Of a stretch of DNA of 64,000 bases, positions 60,635 to 64,000 are shown piece after piece. The DNA comes from an uncultured Chloroflexia bacterium (GTDB taxonomy: Bacteria > Chloroflexota > Limnocylindria > Limnocylindrales > CSP1-4): NCBI GenBank assembly GCA_963749705.1, contig CAVVNQ010000007.1, positions 179,135 to 243,134 of the forward strand, in the 5' to 3' direction. The translations under genes and the position numbers were made by a program. Numbering within the stretch: the stretch's first letter is position 1; each line of letters begins with the position of its first letter. The notes below the pieces were generated by a model, which was given only the letters and a program-made list of their open reading frames with translations, had not been told where the DNA came from and ran no database searches.

Positions 60635-62341
60635 TCACTCCGCAGTTCCCCGGCGTGCGCTCCCGGCACGCGCGATCTCGGCGCGCAGGGCGTCCACCGT
60701 GGGCGGCCGGCCCAACACGCCGCGCAGGACGTCGGCCGGTGCGCGACCCAGTCCGAAGCGGTACACGTGGTCTCGGACCCACGCGTACCAGCCCGGATCG
60801 CCGTCGATCCAGTCGCCGCGAGCCGCCCGGATCGCCGCCCGCAGGTCCGCGACCAGCACCGCGCCGATCGCATAGTTCGCCATGTAGCCGGGCTCCTGGA
60901 CGAGCTGCCCCCGGATCGCCCACCACGACCACTCCGGATGTGGCGCGATGCCGAGGTAGGTGGAGGTGATCTCGGTCCACACGTCGTTCGGCCGCCGCGT
61001 CGGGTCCGCATGGAGCCGGATCTCGAACAGCGCCCAGGCCGCGTCGAGGGCCACACCGGCGTAGCGGCAGCGCAGCAATTCCGCAACAGGAACCGCGGGC
61101 GCGCCCCGCAGCCAGCGCGCCTGCCAGGCAGGTTCGGCGACATCGAGCGCCACGAGCTCGGCCAGCGCCTCGGTCAGCGCGTCCGAGGCGGGCCAGTCGG
61201 CGAACGCCGGCCGAGTCCGGAGCGCCGCGATGTGGATGGCGTGGCCCGTCTCGTGGACCAGCTCGGTGAGCTCACCCAGCCCGCCATCCACGTAGCTGGC
61301 GAGGACCGTCGGCGCTCCCGGAGACCACGAGCCGTCCGGGCGCAGGGATGGGCGGCCGCCGAACGTGGTGAACGCGACGGGCACCGCGGGCCGGCCGGGC
61401 CGGGGCGTGGTGTCGAGCTGCACGTTCAACGTGTCGAGGTCGGCACCCAGCGCGGCGTACAGCTCGCGGTTGACCCTGAACACGCGGTCCAGCGGCAGCG
61501 CGTCGCCCATCGCTCGATCCGCCGCGCCGGCGAGCCACCACCAGTCCCAGGGCTCGATCGCGCGACCGATCGCGCCGACGTCGCCGGCGCCGCCCGCCTC
61601 GCCGTCGACCGCCGGCGGCGCCGCGACGGCGTCTCGCCACGCCTCCAGGGTCGCGACGACCCACGCCTCGATGTCATGGACGGTCACGCCCAGCGCGACG
61701 GCATTGGCGGCGATGGGGGAGCGGCCCCGGCGCCACAGGTCTGCGGACGTGGCCAGCAGCGCCCGATACGGCGATCGCTCGCCGGCGTCGCCGTCGACCA
61801 CCCGCCACAGCGGCTCGAGCGCGAGGAACAGGCGCCGCCTGGCGGTCGCCGAGGTCTCGGTCGCGAGCCGGCCGAGGATCCTGGGGCGGGTCAGCGACGC
61901 GCCTTCGAACGGGAGCCGGTCCGCCAGCGCGCCGTAGCAGCCATCGAGGCGGCGATGGAGCTCGTCGCCGCCGCGCTCGATCGCCATCGCCCAGGCGGCG
62001 GGATCGTCGCAGGTCCCGCGGTCGATCGCCGGCGCGACGGGCAGGCCTGCGTCATCGGCGAAGGCGCGCTCCATCCCGACCCCGATCGCGGCGCGTGCCC
62101 GGCGATCCTCCGCCGAGAGCGACGGATCGTCGGGCGGCACGCGCTCCAGCTCGCGCCGCAGGACCGCCTCGGTCGAGGCCGCGTCGGCTTCGAGCGATCC
62201 GGTGTCGGGTGGTTCGCCGCGCGCCCTCGCAACGTCGAGCCGGTCCCGGGCGTCGCGGGCGGCGAGGTATGCGGCCTCGAGCGCGTCGAGGGGTGCGGGG
62301 GCGGTCATCGGCGGATCGCGCGGCTCGTCATCGGGATCCAT
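60635..62341 (-). CDS. Gluzincin (M2/M3-like) metallopeptidase
   Basis: LVHETGHAIH, downstream ALTEALAE, YMANYAIG; start 62341 or 62308. Confidence 0.75.
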   Translation of the reverse strand: MDPDDEPRDPPMTAPAPLDALEAAYLAARDARDRLDVARARGEPPDTGSLEADAASTEAVLRRELERVPPDDPSLSAEDRRARAAIGVGMERAFADDAGLPVAPAIDRGTCDDPAAWAMAIERGGDELHRRLDGCYGALADRLPFEGASLTRPRILGRLATETSATARRRLFLALEPLWRVVDGDAGERSPYRALLATSADLWRRGRSPIAANAVALGVTVHDIEAWVVATLEAWRDAVAAPPAVDGEAGGAGDVGAIGRAIEPWDWWWLAGAADRAMGDALPLDRVFRVNRELYAALGADLDTLNVQLDTTPRPGRPAVPVAFTTFGGRPSLRPDGSWSPGAPTVLASYVDGGLGELTELVHETGHAIHIAALRTRPAFADWPASDALTEALAELVALDVAEPAWQARWLRGAPAVPVAELLRCRYAGVALDAAWALFEIRLHADPTRRPNDVWTEITSTYLGIAPHPEWSWWAIRGQLVQEPGYMANYAIGAVLVADLRAAIRAARGDWIDGDPGWYAWVRDHVYRFGLGRAPADVLRGVLGRPPTVDALRAEIARAGSARRGTAE

Positions 62342-62388
62342 GCTGCCACGCCAGACCGGTCGCGGCCCGGTTGTGTCACGATCCGTCC

Positions 62389-63969
62389 ATGGAGCTGACC
62401 TTTCTCGGCGGGGCGCGAACGGTCACAGGATCGCGCCACCTGGTTGACACGGGCCGGGCCCGGGTGCTCGTCGACTGCGGGATGTTCCAGGGCGGGCCCG
62501 ACGAGTCGATGCGCAACCGGATCCCGCTCGGGTTCGACCCGAGCACGCTGGACGCCGTCGTCCTCACCCACGCCCACCTCGACCACTGCGGCCTCCTGCC
62601 GCTCCTCGTCCACGAGGGGTTCCGGGGCCCGATCCTGTGCACCGCGGCGACCGCCGAGCTGACCCGGCTCGTGCTGCTCGACTCGGCCAAGCTCCAGGTC
62701 GAGTTCGCCAGGCGGACCGCGCGCCGAAACCGGCGCAACCCGGATCGCGCGGCGGAGACCGAGGCTCGCGAGAAGCGCGCGTACGAGGAGGCGCTCGAGG
62801 AGGCCATCGAAGGCGCGGGCGCGAGCTCCGGCGCGGAGGCGGGCGGCCCCGGCTCCCGCGATCCCGAGGACCTGCTCCGGGCCGCCGGACCGGAGGTCAT
62901 CCAGGACTTCGGCACGCCGCTGTACACCGAGGACGACGCGAACGCGGTGCTGCCGATGCTGCGCCACATCCCGTACGGCGCGGAGCACGAGGTCGCCCGC
63001 GGCGTCCACGTCACGCTGCTGGACGCGGGCCACATCCTCGGCTCGGCGATCGCTCGGATGCGGATCGCCCGACCCGGCGGCGGTCGCGACACGATCGTGG
63101 TCTTCTCCGGCGACCTCGGGCGGCCCGGGACGCCGATCATCCGCGACCCGACACCCGTCACGGACGCCGACTTCGTCCTGTGCGAGTCCACCTACGGCGG
63201 TCGCGAGCACGAGCCGGCGGAGCAGTCGATCGAGACGCTGGCCTCGGTCGTGCGCGAGACGGCGGACCGGCGTGGCGTGCTGCTCATCCCGTCGTTCGCC
63301 GTCGGCCGGACGCAGGAGATCGTGTGGGAGCTCGACCGGCTGCTGACCGCCGGCCGCATCCCGGAGCTGCCCCTGTATCTCGACTCGCCCATGGCCCGCA
63401 GGGCGTCGGATATCTATCGGGCGCATCCGGAGGCGTACGACGCGGAGACGGCGACGCTGCTGCGGGAGCACGAGTCACCGCTCGACTATCCGGGCCAGCA
63501 CGTCGTCCAGACCGTCCAGGAGTCCGAGGCGATCGAGCGTTCGACACCGCCCACGATCATCGTCGCCTCGAACGGGATGCTCACCGGCGGGCGTTCCGTG
63601 GGGCACGCGTCGCGCATCCTCGACGATCCGTCGTCCACGGTGCTGTTCGTCGGCTACCAGGGTGAGGGAACGCTGGGCGGGCATCTCGTCCGGGGCGCGA
63701 AGTCGGCGCGGATCAACGGCCACCAGATGCGGATCCGCGCGACGGTCCGGTCGCTCGACGGGTTCTCGGCACACTCCGACGAGCCGGAGCTGCTCGCCTG
63801 GATCGGGGGGTTCATCCGGGGCCGCAGGCCGGGCGATGCGGGCGTGCCCAAGCGGGTGTTCCTGGTCCACGGTGACCCGCCGGCGCAGCAGGCGCTGTCG
63901 CCCAAGGTGGCCGAGCTGGGGTTCGAGGTCGAGGTTCCGGCCTGGCACCAGACGGTGTCGCTGGACTGA
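62389..63969 (+). CDS. MBL-fold beta-CASP ribonuclease
   Basis: FLGGARTVTGS, THAHLDHCG, AGHILGS, FSGDLG, ESTYG, FAVGRTQE, FSAHSD, LVHGD. Confidence 0.93.
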   Translation: MELTFLGGARTVTGSRHLVDTGRARVLVDCGMFQGGPDESMRNRIPLGFDPSTLDAVVLTHAHLDHCGLLPLLVHEGFRGPILCTAATAELTRLVLLDSAKLQVEFARRTARRNRRNPDRAAETEAREKRAYEEALEEAIEGAGASSGAEAGGPGSRDPEDLLRAAGPEVIQDFGTPLYTEDDANAVLPMLRHIPYGAEHEVARGVHVTLLDAGHILGSAIARMRIARPGGGRDTIVVFSGDLGRPGTPIIRDPTPVTDADFVLCESTYGGREHEPAEQSIETLASVVRETADRRGVLLIPSFAVGRTQEIVWELDRLLTAGRIPELPLYLDSPMARRASDIYRAHPEAYDAETATLLREHESPLDYPGQHVVQTVQESEAIERSTPPTIIVASNGMLTGGRSVGHASRILDDPSSTVLFVGYQGEGTLGGHLVRGAKSARINGHQMRIRATVRSLDGFSAHSDEPELLAWIGGFIRGRRPGDAGVPKRVFLVHGDPPAQQALSPKVAELGFEVEVPAWHQTVSLD

Positions 63970-64000
63970 GCCGGGCATGATGGTCGAGGTGGGGAGAGAC

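Overview
Very GC-rich bacterial chromosomal window. Gene content and style suggest a Chloroflexota (Limnocylindria-like) or Actinomycetota soil/freshwater organism (inference only). Positions 1-21.8 kb hold a methylated-glycine/quaternary-amine catabolic island: two GcvT-family dimethylglycine/sarcosine dehydrogenases, EtfAB, a membrane Fe-S ETF:quinone oxidoreductase, a Liv-type ABC transporter, and a corrinoid demethylation operon (corrinoid protein, DUF1638-like, pterin-binding methyltransferase, RamA-like activator, non-pyrrolysine MttB, MetF) with GntR and IclR regulators. Next come katG-SDR-kdgK-eda, an accessory region, lipB, a degenerate GalT, two ECF sigma/anti-sigma pairs, a scattered pyr cluster (pyrRBC, pyrKD, pyrE), a ctaA-ctaB fusion and a beta-CASP nuclease. 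The standout is at 27.8-29.7 kb. An HTH-TPR regulator lies divergent from an unannotated 37-codon gene encoding a signal peptide followed by only six residues (QTPYPH). This is the architecture of an RRNPP-type peptide quorum-sensing module, apparently outside Firmicutes, with an extra stand-alone HTH gene and an adjacent EAL phosphodiesterase. No rRNA, tRNA, CRISPR array or transposase was seen. All calls come from reading motifs by eye; no database searches were run.
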